NCBI GenBank assembly: GCA_963780265.1
Contig: CAWABQ010000010.1
Span: 32,288-96,287 of the forward strand
DNA: 64,000 nt
Reading direction: 5' to 3'
Source: Candidatus Bathyarchaeota archaeon
Lineage (GTDB): Archaea > Thermoproteota > Bathyarchaeia > 40CM-2-53-6
The notes under the pieces are model-generated. The model was not told the DNA's origin. It did not search any database and saw only the letters and a list, made by a program, of their open reading frames with translations. The position numbers were made by a program, and so were the translations under genes. Positions 49,597-61,062 of the stretch are shown here, one piece after another; the stretch's first letter is position 1, and the number at the start of each line of letters is the position of its first letter.

Positions 49597-50865
49597 TTAT
49601 CTTCGCCGTTTGACTTCGTCTTCTTCGGTGATATCTTTGACACCTTCCTCAGTTATCTTGAATATGCGTTCCCCTTCGGGTAGGTATGGACTGGAGATGA
49701 GCTTACATATTCTAACTGGGCCACTGGCTGTGCGCCTCAGGAATATCCTGGTATGGGTAGTGTGCGACACTATATGTCCTCCGACTGGTTCCACAGCCAT
49801 TGCGAAGAACTGCGTCAGGCCTTGACATCACTTGATTCGTGACGACTGCGCATGCATTAAAGGCACGGGAAAGCCTAACGAGCCGATGCAGGTGGCTGTT
49901 GAGTTTCTGCTGCCGCTCAGCAAGCATCTCACGGCCAAGATATTCGCTTCGAAAATGGGCTGTCAAGGAGTCAACGATTATCAGCTTCACATTGTTTTCC
50001 TGAATGACCTTATCCGCTTTCTCAAGTACAAGTATCTGATGATCCGAATTAAAGGCTTCTGAGTAGATGATCTTCTTCGCTGTCTCCGTCGGATCTAATC
50101 CAATTGCGCGTTGCCATGCGAACTATCCATTCAGGGCGGAACGTGTTCTCCGTGTCAATATACAGGGCTGCGCCGTTGAGGCCGCCTTTCTCTTCAGGTA
50201 GTTGGACATTGACTGCAAGTTGATGGCATGAGAATGCTCTTGCCGACTCCATATTCTCCGTAGAATTCGGTTATTGTTTGAGTTTCGAGGCCTCCACCTA
50301 ACAGTTCATCAACCTGTTTGCTTGCAGTGGTGAGTCGCCTCACGTTCTGTCTCATCTTAATGAGCTCGTCAGCTCGAATGAAACTAAGGGCGATGCTGTC
50401 CCGGGCTTCCGCAATTACTTTGCCGGCCTGTTTTTCGCCAACCCCGGCTGCGGTTAGTTCCTTAATTGTGGCCGTGGCGAGGGATTCGACTGTGTGGTAA
50501 CCCATTTCTCTGAGTTTTTCAGCTGTCGCGGGGCCGACGCCTGGAATATCTTCTATTAACTCGTACTTCTTCTGTTTCTCAACTTTTGCCTCGGGTTTTT
50601 CTTCCTCTGAGTCTTCCTCTGTTTCTTGAGCTTTCTTCTTCTGCTTCTCAGTTTTTGCCTCGGATTTTTCTTCTTCCTCCGAGTCTTCCTCGGTTTCTTC
50701 AGCTTTCTCTTCCAAGACTTGGGCCGATGCCAACAATAACACCCTGCTTATTTCAACATTGGCTAGCCCTTTTACTGCCCTGGTTCGATATAACGGAGAG
50801 AGTAGGATGAAAGTACGGAAAAAACACTTGAAGCAACTTATCGTTAGTAGCGTGGGAGTTTGCAA
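49597..50865 (-). CDS. radA: DNA repair and recombination protein RadA, split into four ORFs by three or more frameshifts in this assembly; N-terminal acidic tandem-repeat extension
   Basis: Hh[16 protein letters not shown]. Walker [57 protein letters not shown]-terminal [19 protein letters not shown]. Confidence 0.75.
50583..50712. repeat. tandem duplication of about 66 nt encoding acidic Glu/Lys-rich repeats at the radA 5' end
   Basis: Two near-identical copies (TTTTGCCTCGG(G/A)TTTTTCTTC...GAGTCTTCCTC...GTTTCTT(G/C)AGCTTTCT...). Protein [23 protein letters not shown] / [22 protein letters not shown]. Confidence 0.5.
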
Positions 50866-51635
50866 ATGGGTCTTTCAGTGAAGGTTGATCCTCCGATATC
50901 TGAAGCGGCGGAAATTCTTGAGAAGGCATTCAGGGCGAGAAGTTTGCGCTCATAATAGGTAACTGTAGGGTCGACTACGAGGGGCGCGCTTCGTCAACGT
51001 TGGAATGGGGCGAGAGAATAGCGATGGTAAAACAAGATGGTTCGGTGCTGGTTCACAGGCCTACGGGTTACGAGCCCGTCAATTGGCGACCACCAAAATG
51101 CGTCGTCAAAGTCAAACTTAACGACGCTGGACTCGTGGTCAGTGCTTCACGCTCCCAACCTAGAGAGAATGTTTCCATAGAATTCAAGGAAATTCGCCTG
51201 ACGGCAACTGGAACACTCGCTGATTCTGGGGAATTCGCGCTGCACGTGACTGAGGAGCAGATGAAGCAGGCGATCCTCACCGCGCCTGACCTCGTAGAAA
51301 ATGGCCTAAAACCACTTCAGCAGGAGAAGAGTTTGGGCGAAGCTGGCTTCACGGATATTTTCGCAGAAGACAGGAATGGTAGGCTCGTTGTTGTGGAAAT
51401 CAAACGGAATGCAGCGTCAAAGGATGCGGTTTTGCAACTTGAAAGGTACCTCGAGACGCTCAGAAAAAAGGTCAACAGGCCTCTAAGGGGCATCGTAGTG
51501 GCTCCTGAGCTTCGCAAGAGCGCGCAACCGCTCCTAGATAGCCTGAAGCTAGAGTATGTGAGGCTCGCGCCAGAGAAATGCTTCGGCGTGCTGAAGAGCC
51601 GCAGAGACATGAAACTAAGCCACTTCATGACCTAA
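50866..51635 (+). CDS. nucS: endonuclease NucS/EndoMS, frameshifted by one missing A near 50940 in this assembly
   Basis: MGLSVKVDPPISEAAEILEKAFRAR (frame 1), then KFALIIGNCRVDYEGRASSTLEWGERIAMVKQDGSVLVH...EPVNW...LVVVEIKR (frame 0). Collinear with NucS. Confidence 0.75.
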
Positions 51636-51723
51636 GGGTGGGGGTTGTTCTGCCCAAAGCTTAGGGTTGGGGCAACCTTATTTAGAGTAAAAGAGAAGCT
51701 TGCGCACCAATTCAGTGATGCAT

Positions 51724-51969
51724 ATGGAGCCTTCTAGGAAACCTCTCAACTTACTCGTGAAGAAAATCAACGGCGAAGTCAACATTAGGCTAAAGAACGA
51801 TGTGGAATACCACGGCAAAATGATAGACGCTGACGCCCACATGAACATTATTCTGGAAGGCGCGACAGAGTACCGAGGCAACTCTCCGACAGCCAATTAT
51901 GGGAATGTAATACTTCGCGGAAGCAACATCCTCTACATTTGCGTAGACGCCCCCACGAAACAGGCGTAA
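51724..51969 (+). CDS. Sm-like archaeal protein (SmAP/LSm)
   Basis: PLNLLVKKINGEVNIRLKNDVEYHGKMIDADAHMNIILEGATEY...NVILRGSNILYI shows Sm1/Sm2 motifs. Confidence 0.7.
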   Translation: MEPSRKPLNLLVKKINGEVNIRLKNDVEYHGKMIDADAHMNIILEGATEYRGNSPTANYGNVILRGSNILYICVDAPTKQA

Positions 51970-52034
51970 GGCCACACGGGGCCTTTCTGCTTTGAATGAG
52001 CGCCCTACGCATTTTCGCGGAGGTTAATTAGAGC

Positions 52035-53634
52035 ATGGGCGCCCAGCATGCCTCACCACTCGAAGCCTCGCTCCTATCTGAATTGGCTTCGCGCATAATT
52101 GAAGTCGGAGCAACCGACCCTGATAGCCTCAATAGGGTAAAGTTGGAGTTCTGCAAGAGGCACGAACTCAGTTGGATGCCCCGCAACTCTGACATTCTCA
52201 GCGCCTTGCCGCCGCACATGAAGCAAAAGTTCGGGCCGACTCTGCGGCTGAAGAAAGTGCGCAGCATTTCGGGGGTGAACGTTATTGGAGTCATGAGTTC
52301 ACCGCGCGGCTGCCCGCACGGCCGCTGCGTATTCTGTCCCATGGAGAAAGGGTTCCCTATGAGTTACACCTCAGGTGAACCTGCAGCCATGAGGGGCTTC
52401 CAGTCTGGATACGATCCGTTTCTCCAGATCAGCAGTCGACTTGAGCAGCTCAAAGCCATCGGCCATGTACCTTCGAAGGTCGAGCTTGTCATTCAGGGCG
52501 GCACCTTTTTGGCAGCACCTTTCGACTACCAAGAGCACTTTGTAACCCGATGCCTAGACGCAATTAACGGCGTGAACTCATCGACACTCGAGGAAGCAAA
52601 GTCCCGAGCCGAGGTCAGTGAAGTTCGCAATGTAGGCTTAACCATCGAGACGAAACCTGACTGGTGTAAGCAGCCGCACGTCGACCAAATGCTAAGGTTT
52701 GGGGGCACGCGCGTTGAAATTGGCGTGCAAGTAATCGATGATTACATCTATGCACTTACTAATCGGGGTCACACGGTGGCAGACGTGGCCGAAGCTTTTC
52801 AAATAGCCAAAGACGCGGGCTTCAAGATTGTTGCACACATGATGCCAGGTCTGCCGGGCTCTGACTTTCAGAAGGACCTTGAATCATTCAGGACGCTTTT
52901 CGAGAACCCGCGGTTTCGTCCCGATATGATCAAAATCTATCCTTGCCTCGTCATGGAAGGCACGGAACTGTATGAGTGGTGGAAACGCTGGCCTCTACCA
53001 GCCATACGATGCAGAGCAAGCCGCTGAACTCATCGCCAAGGTAAAGGAGTTCGTTCCGCCCTGGGTCCGGATAATGCGGGTCCAAAGAGAGTTCCCTGTT
53101 CAACTCATTCAATCGGGTGTAATGAAGGGCAACCTTCGTGAACTCGTCGTAAGGCGGTTGAGGGAGAGGGGAAAAAGATGCATGTGCATCCGGTGCCGCG
53201 AGGTAGGCCACAGGATGCTCAAGGAGAAGGTGACCGTTCAACCCGACCGAATTCGCCTTCTAATGCAGGAATACGAAGCGTCTGGGGGAAAAGAGCTGTT
53301 CATCTCCTTTGAAGAACCCGAAGCAGGGGTCCTGATAGGATACTTGCGTCTGAGAATGCCCTCTGAAAAAGCGCACAGGCCCGAGGTTGATGCGGCCAGC
53401 GCAATCATCCGAGAGTTGCACGTATACGGCCCTGAGGTTCCTGTTGGCCTAAGAGATGGGGGTGCTTGGCAGCACACCGGTTTAGGCCGTAAACTGCTAG
53501 CGGAAGCTGAGACAGTGGCAAGGGAACGCGGGGCGAGCAGAATTCTCGTCCTGAGTGCGCTTGGGACGAAGGGCTACTACAAGCGCGCTGGCTACGACTA
53601 TGTCGGCCCCTACATGGGAAAGATGCTGAACTGA
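52035..53634 (+). CDS. elp3: ELP3-family tRNA uridine(34) acetyltransferase (radical SAM plus GNAT), frameshifted near 52980 in this assembly
   Basis: CPHGRCVFCP (Cx4CxxC radical-SAM cluster), GTELYEWWKR, and a C-terminal GNAT domain (QHTGLGRKLLAEAE). Confidence 0.75.
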
Positions 53635-53701
53635 CCCTAGAGAAATAGCATAGCTAACGTCTTAAGGGTCTCAGCTTTCCTTTTCCAAAGATTGGACTGA
53701 G

Positions 53702-55061
53702 ATGGCTTTGTCCCACGAGGAATTGTACGGTTATTCCGGCGTCTCACGCGATGTACTGGCAAAGGCAGGCGCACAGATTGGGGATAGACTCAGACTCGAA
53801 GTGAAACGTACTGGCGGTCAGGAGGTTGTGGAAGGGCTTCTCATGCCGCGATACCATTCCGGCCTGGAGGAGAATTATGTCGTCGTGAAGTTAAGGACTG
53901 GATATAATGTGGGCGTCCGAGTTGACGTTGCCACAAAGGTTAGCGTTCTAGGTAAGGGAGAAGCGCCCCATTTCACTCGCCCCGCCCTCCCACAACAGAA
54001 AGCAGGCCTACCGAAGGTATCTATTATCAGCACAGGAGGCACAATCGCCAGTAAAGTCGATTATAGAACTGGGGCCGTGAAACCCGCCCTTGATTCAGAA
54101 GACTTGTACAGTGTAGTCCCTGAGTTGGCAGATCTGGCCACCATTGACGCCAAAGTTTTGCTTAGCGTCTTCAGCGAAAACATAGGGCCACAACAATGGC
54201 CCAAGATCGCAGAGTCGGTCGCAGAGCAAGTTCGCGCGGGGGCGGATGGTGTGGTGATAGCGCATGGAACTGATACTCTCGGTTACACAGCTGCTGCTCT
54301 CAGTTTTGCTTTGCAGGGCATACCGGTGCCCGTTGTATTGGTCGGTTCACAACGTTCGTCCGATCGACCCAGCTCCGACGCGGCGACCAACCTGCTAGCG
54401 GCGACGGCAGTTGCTGGCCAGGCTCCTTTCGCTGAAGTTGTGGTCGCTATGCATGATTGGGTTTCGGATGAGAGGGTCGCCGTCCATAGAGGAACAAAGG
54501 TACGCAAGTGCCACACCAGTAGAAGAGACGCCTTCAGGAGCGTTAACGCTCGTCCCATCGCATATTACGACCTCCTAAATCGAGCCCTCCAACTTAACGG
54601 CCAGAAATACGGAAAGACACAAACGTTCAGATTGGGAAGTTCGCTCCAAGTTCGACCCGAACGTTGCGCTCATAAAATTCCACCCGGGGCTTTCAGTGGG
54701 TATGATTGATTGGGCGACGGCCACGGGCTACAAGGGCATCGTCCTTGAAGGGACAGGACTAGGCCACGTTAGCGACACCTTGTTCCCGGCGCTTGAGAGG
54801 GCGGTAAAGGATGGAATCGTGGTGGGCATGTGCTCTCAATGCATCTGGGGACGGGTGCACATGAACGTCTACTCTACCGGACGGGATTTGCTAAAGATCG
54901 GAGTACTACCGCTAGGTGACATGCTCCCGGAGACAGCACTGGTGAAAATGATGTGGGCTTTCGGCCAAGAAAAGGACCCCGAGAAAGTCAAGAAGATAAT
55001 GATCAAGAGCATTGCAAACGAAATCTCAGACAGACGCACCTTAGAGGCTGCCGTAGAATGA
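53702..55061 (+). CDS. gatD: glutamyl-tRNA(Gln) amidotransferase subunit D, frameshifted near 54690 in this assembly
   Basis: Asparaginase-type motifs ISTGGTIAS, HGTDTLGYTAAALSF, GYKGIVLEGTGLGHV. Stop overlaps the gatE start (ATGA). Confidence 0.8.
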
Positions 55062-56964
55062 GCGTTGATTCAAAGGCTCAGCCTAGAATCAAGGTCGGGC
55101 TGGAAATTCACAGGCAACTTGACACGGAGCACAAACTGTTCTGTGCCTGCCCAACCGATTTTGCTGAGTCGGATCCTGAAAAAAAGTTCATGCGCAGGTT
55201 GAGGCCGACGCAAAGTGAGTTGGGCCAAGTCGACCAGGCGGCGCTGTTCGAATTCCACCGCGGAAGAAGTGTAATCTATGAAGAAGACGATGAGACCTCA
55301 TGCCTAGTCGAAATGGATGAGGAGCCACCGGGAAAACTCAACGGAGAAGCTGTTGAGGTATGTTTGACTGCAGCCCTGTTGATGAATGCCAAACCCGTCG
55401 ATGAAATTCATGTGATGCGCAAGGTCGTGATCGATGGCTCTAACACCACAGGGTTCCAACGGACGTGCGTGGTCGCCCTAGACGGAGCGCTAGAGGTTGA
55501 CGGAAAGGAAATTCCAATTCAACAGATTTCATTAGAAGAAGACGCGGCGCGCAAGACCGGTCAATCAAGCGAAACAGTTGGGTATAGGATAGACCGGCTC
55601 GGCGTCCCCTTGATAGAAGTGACAACTGCGCCGGTGATGGATTCCGCGGGCGAAGTCGAGAAGGTTGCATACGCAATAGGCACTATCCTGAGGGCGACGA
55701 GAACAGTGAAGAGGGGTTTGGGAAGCATTCGGCAAGACTTGAACATTTCAACCCCAGGCGGCGCCCTCATGGAAATCAAGGGCGTCCAGGAACTCGATAT
55801 CCTGAGTAAAGTCGTCGAAACAGAAGTCAACCGGCAGCAAACACTGCTTGAAATACGGGATGAACTGGGGCGACCGGCGTGAGTCCAAGTTTACTCGAAA
55901 GGAAATATGGCGATGTCACCGAGGTTTTTGCTGGCTCCAAAGCTCGAATAATGAAGGAAGCAATCTCGAAAGGCGGCGTCGTGGTGGCCGCTAAGCTTCC
56001 CAAATTCAGGGGGCTATTAGGGAAGGAGCTTGCGCCAGGGTTGAGGCTTGGGACGGAACTGTCCAACCGTGCCTCGTTCTGGGCAGGTGTCGGTGGCATA
56101 TTTCACTCCGACGAGCTTCCGGGTTATGGTGTTACGGAAGAGGAAGTCCACCATGTGAAGGACCGGTTGAATGTTGCAGGCGATGATGCTTTTGTCCTGG
56201 TCGCTGACGAGAAGGCTAAAGCAAAAGATGCTTTAGATGCTGTCGTCGACCGAGCCATCGAAGCCATCTCTGGCGTCCCTGAAGAAACGCGCACCGCGAT
56301 GCCTGACGGGACGACGAGATACATGCGGCCTAGGCCGGGCGCCGCTCGGATGTACCCCGAAACCGACGTCCCGCAAACACCCGTCACACAAGAATTAGTC
56401 ACGAAGTTGAAGGCACACCTTCCGGAAACCCCTGAAAGCCTGACCAAACGACTGGTTGATCAATACTCGCTAAACCAAAAACTGTCAAAACAGCTGGTCG
56501 ACTCAGATTACCTTACCCTCTTCGAACAAATAACAGCAACCAGCAAAGTGCCGCCCACATTCATCGCCACCGTGTTGACTGAAAGCTGCAAAAGCCTTGA
56601 ACGTGAAGGTGTACCCGTCCACTCTATCCCAGACAGTAAGATCCAGGGTATCTTCGGATTAGTAGATGAAGGAACGGTCGCCAAAGAAGCTGTTATAGAC
56701 CTGTTGAAGTGGCAAGCGGCGAATCTAACCTCAGATCCGGCTGACGGAATCAAGAAACTGGGGCTAAGAATGTTGACTCAGCGCAAACTTGAGGAGATCA
56801 TCGACCGACACATAGAGAAGAACAGAAAGCTCGTCGACGAAAAGGGGGAAGCGGCTTTCTCATCTCTTATGGGGTCGGTAATGTCCGAGGTCAGGGGATC
56901 TATTGAACCTAAGTTAGTTACCGAGACGTTGAAGAAGAGATTATCCAAAGCGGGTCGAAAATAG
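55058..56964 (+). CDS. gatE: glutamyl-tRNA(Gln) amidotransferase subunit E, frameshifted near 55875 in this assembly
   Basis: MSVDSKAQPRIKVGLEIHRQLDTEHKLFCACPT, and GatB/YqeY-like C-terminal part in the second ORF. Confidence 0.8.
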
Positions 56965-56971
56965 GGGTCAA

Positions 56972-58027
56972 TCATTCTAGGAATTGAACGTCATCAATCA
57001 GCCCATCACTGTTCACATCTAATCCGCTGACCACTCGAGCAACCACACTTTGATTCATAGAATTTCCTTTTGCGATTTCGTCAGTGTATTTGATGAATGC
57101 GAGTACTGCCGCTCTCGTGCCCTGATATGTGTTCCCGGCAATGACTATCGTGCGGCATTCCTGATTCATGGGGTTGACGATTGATTGAATTGCTCCTTCA
57201 TCTTCTCCCGCGTAGCTTCTGCCTGAGATTCGCGAGATCATCATATTGTGCCCCGTCAGCTCGTAGGTTATTGGCAAAGATTCATTCACGGCCATTGTGA
57301 CGGTGTTCACCTTTGGCCCGCCGACTAGGATGAGGTTCTGGAGCATTTCCTGTTGCGATATCTCCGTGTCCAGACGCACAATGTTTTCCCGGGTAAGCGG
57401 CAGCAATGAACCCAAGAACAAAGCAAGGTCCGTGGCTCTATCACCGCAACGAGCGCGGCTTCTGAAAACTCCATGAGCATCCGGACTGCCCAGGACAATG
57501 TGGCCGTTCAAGTGGCCGAGGGAAATGAACGGGTCAAGAAGTTTGGACGATGCTTCTGTGAGGGTTTGCTCAGGCGGAGTTTCCTTGAACTTCGTTGCCG
57601 TTCCGAGTTTGGGAATGATCGCTATTGCCTTCTGCTCCGCTCTGTAGTACTTGGCCATCGCTCCCCTTTTCTTGACGGTTCTTTGTAGGTGCACGAATCC
57701 GGTTCGCTCAAGCTCCCTCAGGTGGTAACAGACGACCTGTTCGCTTGTGTTGAAGGCCTCTGCGAGGTCTTTTGCACATTTTTCGTTCGCCGCTAGTTCA
57801 CTTAGTATCCTCCAACGCGTAGGCTGAAGGACGGATTGGGCTATTTTCGGGTCAGAGAAGACACGTGCAGGTACGAGTTGGTCGGAATGCCTTTCCTTTA
57901 GGATCAGGTATGACATGGCTGCAGGGTCATTTGATTCCACGATTAATAAAGCCACGTTTTGACCATTAAGGCAATTTTTGCCTATTCGGGACACGTTCTC
58001 AGCGTGGGACGAGTCAACCGTCCTCAA
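56972..58027 (-). CDS. ArsR-type winged-HTH transcriptional regulator with large uncharacterised C-terminal domain
   Basis: RWRILSELAANEKCAKDLAEAFNTSEQVVCYHLRELERTGFV is an ArsR/SmtB HTH. C-terminal 200 aa unassigned. The true start may be the internal Met of MSYLIL. Confidence 0.45.
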   Translation of the reverse strand: MRTVDSSHAENVSRIGKNCLNGQNVALLIVESNDPAAMSYLILKERHSDQLVPARVFSDPKIAQSVLQPTRWRILSELAANEKCAKDLAEAFNTSEQVVCYHLRELERTGFVHLQRTVKKRGAMAKYYRAEQKAIAIIPKLGTATKFKETPPEQTLTEASSKLLDPFISLGHLNGHIVLGSPDAHGVFRSRARCGDRATDLALFLGSLLPLTRENIVRLDTEISQQEMLQNLILVGGPKVNTVTMAVNESLPITYELTGHNMMISRISGRSYAGEDEGAIQSIVNPMNQECRTIVIAGNTYQGTRAAVLAFIKYTDEIAKGNSMNQSVVARVVSGLDVNSDGLIDDVQFLE

Positions 58028-58103
58028 TTCATCAAATCCAAAGCACAGGAATGCTTATCACGCAACTCTCGAGAACTCGGCGAATTCTTCGCAAGTGACG
58101 GGC

Positions 58104-59927
58104 ATGTGCGGAATAGCAGCGTGCGTTTTGAAAAACGGCAACGTCGGGCCTGTTCTCTACGATTCCTTGAAGCGGTTAGAGTACCGAGGCTACGACTCGG
58201 TCGGTGAAGCTGCCATCATCGGCGGAAAAATCGTTGTCAAGAAAGACAAGGGAAAGATCGACGAGGTGGAAAAAACACTCCACCTTAGTGATTTGACGGG
58301 CGTCGTAGGGATAGGGCACACACGCTGGGCAACACACGGAAGGCCCGCCCAGGAAAACGCCCACCCCCACACTGACTGCAAAGGTCAGGTAGCCGTCGTG
58401 CACAACGGTATTATCGAAAACTACATGCCGTTAAGGCAAGAACTGGAAGCAGCCGGCCACCAATTCAAATCCAGAACCGATACGGAAGTTGCGGCACACC
58501 TCGTCGAAGAGAACCTCAAATCGGGAGTAGGCTTTGTCGAGGCTGTTAGGTTAGCTGTCAATAAGCTGACGGGCGCGTACGCTCTAGCATTCATATGCTC
58601 ACTCGAGCCTGACAAAGTTGTCTGTGTGAGAAGAGAAAGCCCTCTGGTGATAGGTGCCGGAACCGACGGGAACTATTGTGCTTCAGATATTCCCGCCTTC
58701 CTCTCAAGAACTAAGCTAGCAATCCACCTTGAGGAGGATGAAATGGCCGTCTTGACAGCGGACCACGTGAAATTGTACAAGGTTGACACTGGAGAGGAAT
58801 TATTCAGAGAGCCCTTCAAAGTGGATTGGAGTGTGGAAACAGCCCTCAAAACTGGCTACCCACATTTCATGCTTAAGGAAATTCACGAACAACCGATCAG
58901 CGTGCGTAACGCTCTCAGCACACACCCTATCTATCTCGACCTGATGGCTTCCACGATCAACCGCGCGAAGAAAGTCTTCTTGCTGGCCTGTGGCACCTCC
59001 TTCCATGCATGCCTCGCCGCAGCCTACGCTTTTTCAAATCTCGCCAAGGTCGGGGTAACACCGGTGGTTGCTTCGGAATTCATAGACGGCTACGGCGCCC
59101 TAGTTGACTCGGATACTGTCGTGGTGGCAGTAAGTCAATCCGGCGAAACTTCAGACACACTCACCGCGGTCAGAAGTGCCAAGGACAGAGGCGCAACGAT
59201 CCTCGGAATTAGCAATGTAATGGGCTCTACGCTGACCAGGCTTTCGGACGTTTACATAGGCCAAAATTCAGGACCAGAAATGGGCGTGGCAGCCACAAAG
59301 ACCTTCACAGCACAGGTTTCAATTCTCGTAAAACTCGCACTTGCCCTAGCTAAGAAACGAGAAGTGGTTCAAAAGAGCGAGCTAGAGTTATTGGAAAATG
59401 GTTTCAACCAATTGCCGGAATGGATCTCTACATTCCTATCTACTCAACAGGCTCATGTGAAAAACATCGCAGAGAAATATTCGGACAGGAGAAGTTTTTG
59501 TTTTCTTGGAAGAGGAATGAGTGTTGCAACAGCACTCGAGGGACGCCTGAAACTCCTTGAACTCTCCTACCTTCCCGCAATCGCCTACCCTGCAGGGGAA
59601 TCGAAGCACGGTTTCATCTCAGTCGTAGAAGAAGGTTACCCTGTCATCTTCATTGCCCCGAAAGATGAAGTCTATTCGAAGGTTATCGGCAACGTCATGG
59701 AGATGAAAGCGCGGGGAGCGCAGATTATCGGAGTGGTCGAGGAACAGGACGGGGACATAACGAGTCTCTCCGACGAAAAAATCATTCTCCCAGCCGGAAT
59801 TCCCTCGCTCCTCACGCCAATCGTCTACATCTTGCCACTTCAACTGTTCGCGTACTACATGGCAGTGGGAAAAGGTTACGACCCGGACTTTCCAAGAAAT
59901 CTAGCGAAATCCGTTACGGTGCACTAA
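58104..59927 (+). CDS. glmS: glutamine--fructose-6-phosphate aminotransferase (isomerizing)
   Basis: MCGIAACV (N-terminal catalytic Cys), two SIS domains, and C-terminal ...YDPDFPRNLAKSVTVH. Start moved to ATG 58104. Confidence 0.85.
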   Translation: MCGIAACVLKNGNVGPVLYDSLKRLEYRGYDSVGEAAIIGGKIVVKKDKGKIDEVEKTLHLSDLTGVVGIGHTRWATHGRPAQENAHPHTDCKGQVAVVHNGIIENYMPLRQELEAAGHQFKSRTDTEVAAHLVEENLKSGVGFVEAVRLAVNKLTGAYALAFICSLEPDKVVCVRRESPLVIGAGTDGNYCASDIPAFLSRTKLAIHLEEDEMAVLTADHVKLYKVDTGEELFREPFKVDWSVETALKTGYPHFMLKEIHEQPISVRNALSTHPIYLDLMASTINRAKKVFLLACGTSFHACLAAAYAFSNLAKVGVTPVVASEFIDGYGALVDSDTVVVAVSQSGETSDTLTAVRSAKDRGATILGISNVMGSTLTRLSDVYIGQNSGPEMGVAATKTFTAQVSILVKLALALAKKREVVQKSELELLENGFNQLPEWISTFLSTQQAHVKNIAEKYSDRRSFCFLGRGMSVATALEGRLKLLELSYLPAIAYPAGESKHGFISVVEEGYPVIFIAPKDEVYSKVIGNVMEMKARGAQIIGVVEEQDGDITSLSDEKIILPAGIPSLLTPIVYILPLQLFAYYMAVGKGYDPDFPRNLAKSVTVH

Positions 59928-60043
59928 TCCCTCGGGAACAACCTAACTGTGGCAGCCGAGAACATTTCAAAGGGTTGGAAGGCCCGTCCACAAAGTAATG
60001 AACAGAAGCAAAGTTAGTTCCGTCGACGTTCCAAATCGGCCTA

Positions 60044-60907
60044 TCAGTCTCGAAGGAATTCTCTGAGTGTTTTCAGGTAGTTTTCCTTCTCATCCCACAT
60101 TGTAAGGTGTCCGCTTTTCTCAAAGACTACGAGCGAGGAGCCAGTGATTCCCTTGTGGATGGTTTCCGCGACTTTTGGAGTGACTTCGTCGTACCTGCCC
60201 ACCGTCACCAACGTTGGGACCTTAATCTCCCGCAGCCTTGCGGTTATATCCCAGTCTTTCAGGTTTCCAACGATCGTGAATTCGTTAGGTCCATTCATCG
60301 TCCAGTAAACTGGTATGCTCATATCATTGAATGCACGGGTGACTTCGTCAGGCCATTCTGGTAATCTGCAGACGAAGTTTCTGTAGAAAACCTCAACAGC
60401 CTTGAGGTATTCAGGGTGCAGAAAGGCGTAACGCGCCTCATACTTAGCGAGCGTATCTCGAACATCTTTAGGCAGTGTCGCTTTGAGCCGGTTCATTTCC
60501 GCAACGGTCTCTGGAATACTCGCCATGCCGCCTGCGATAATGAGTTTCTTTATGTTAGTTTGATACTTCAACGCGTACTGTAGTGCTAGCCCCCCACCGT
60601 AAGAACTGCCGAAGAGGTTGACTTTGCCGAGGTTCATAGCCTTCCGGAAACCTTCGACCTCTTCGGCGCCATACTCGATCGTGAAGAGGGATGTGTCCTT
60701 TGGTTTCTCCGACGCCCCGACGCCTAACTGGTCATACATGACCACTTTGAGCTTGTCGTCTCCGAGTTCACCGAGGGACAAAAGATATTGGTGGGTTGCT
60801 CCTGGGCCGCCATGCAAGCAAAGCAGAATTTCCTCTCCAGTTCCGAAGGTTTTGTAGAACAACCTGAATCCCTTTACTTCGACAAACCCGCTTTGTGGAG
60901 AAGTCAT
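60044..60907 (-). CDS. alpha/beta-hydrolase, proline iminopeptidase (S33) family
   Basis: LCLHGGPGATHQY and GSSYGGGLA (GxSxG). Confidence 0.65.
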   Translation of the reverse strand: MTSPQSGFVEVKGFRLFYKTFGTGEEILLCLHGGPGATHQYLLSLGELGDDKLKVVMYDQLGVGASEKPKDTSLFTIEYGAEEVEGFRKAMNLGKVNLFGSSYGGGLALQYALKYQTNIKKLIIAGGMASIPETVAEMNRLKATLPKDVRDTLAKYEARYAFLHPEYLKAVEVFYRNFVCRLPEWPDEVTRAFNDMSIPVYWTMNGPNEFTIVGNLKDWDITARLREIKVPTLVTVGRYDEVTPKVAETIHKGITGSSLVVFEKSGHLTMWDEKENYLKTLREFLRD

Positions 60908-61062
60908 GGCCGGATCCTCCGATTACTTAGTACCCTCTCTGGACGGGTCTTAGAATAGCTTTTGTCCCTTCGTCCTTTGAAGTCGCGCGTCATCAATATT
61001 AGCGTGGAATTCTATACCTAAATATTGTGATCTGAATCAAGTGCAGTTGCGGGAGGGCCAGT

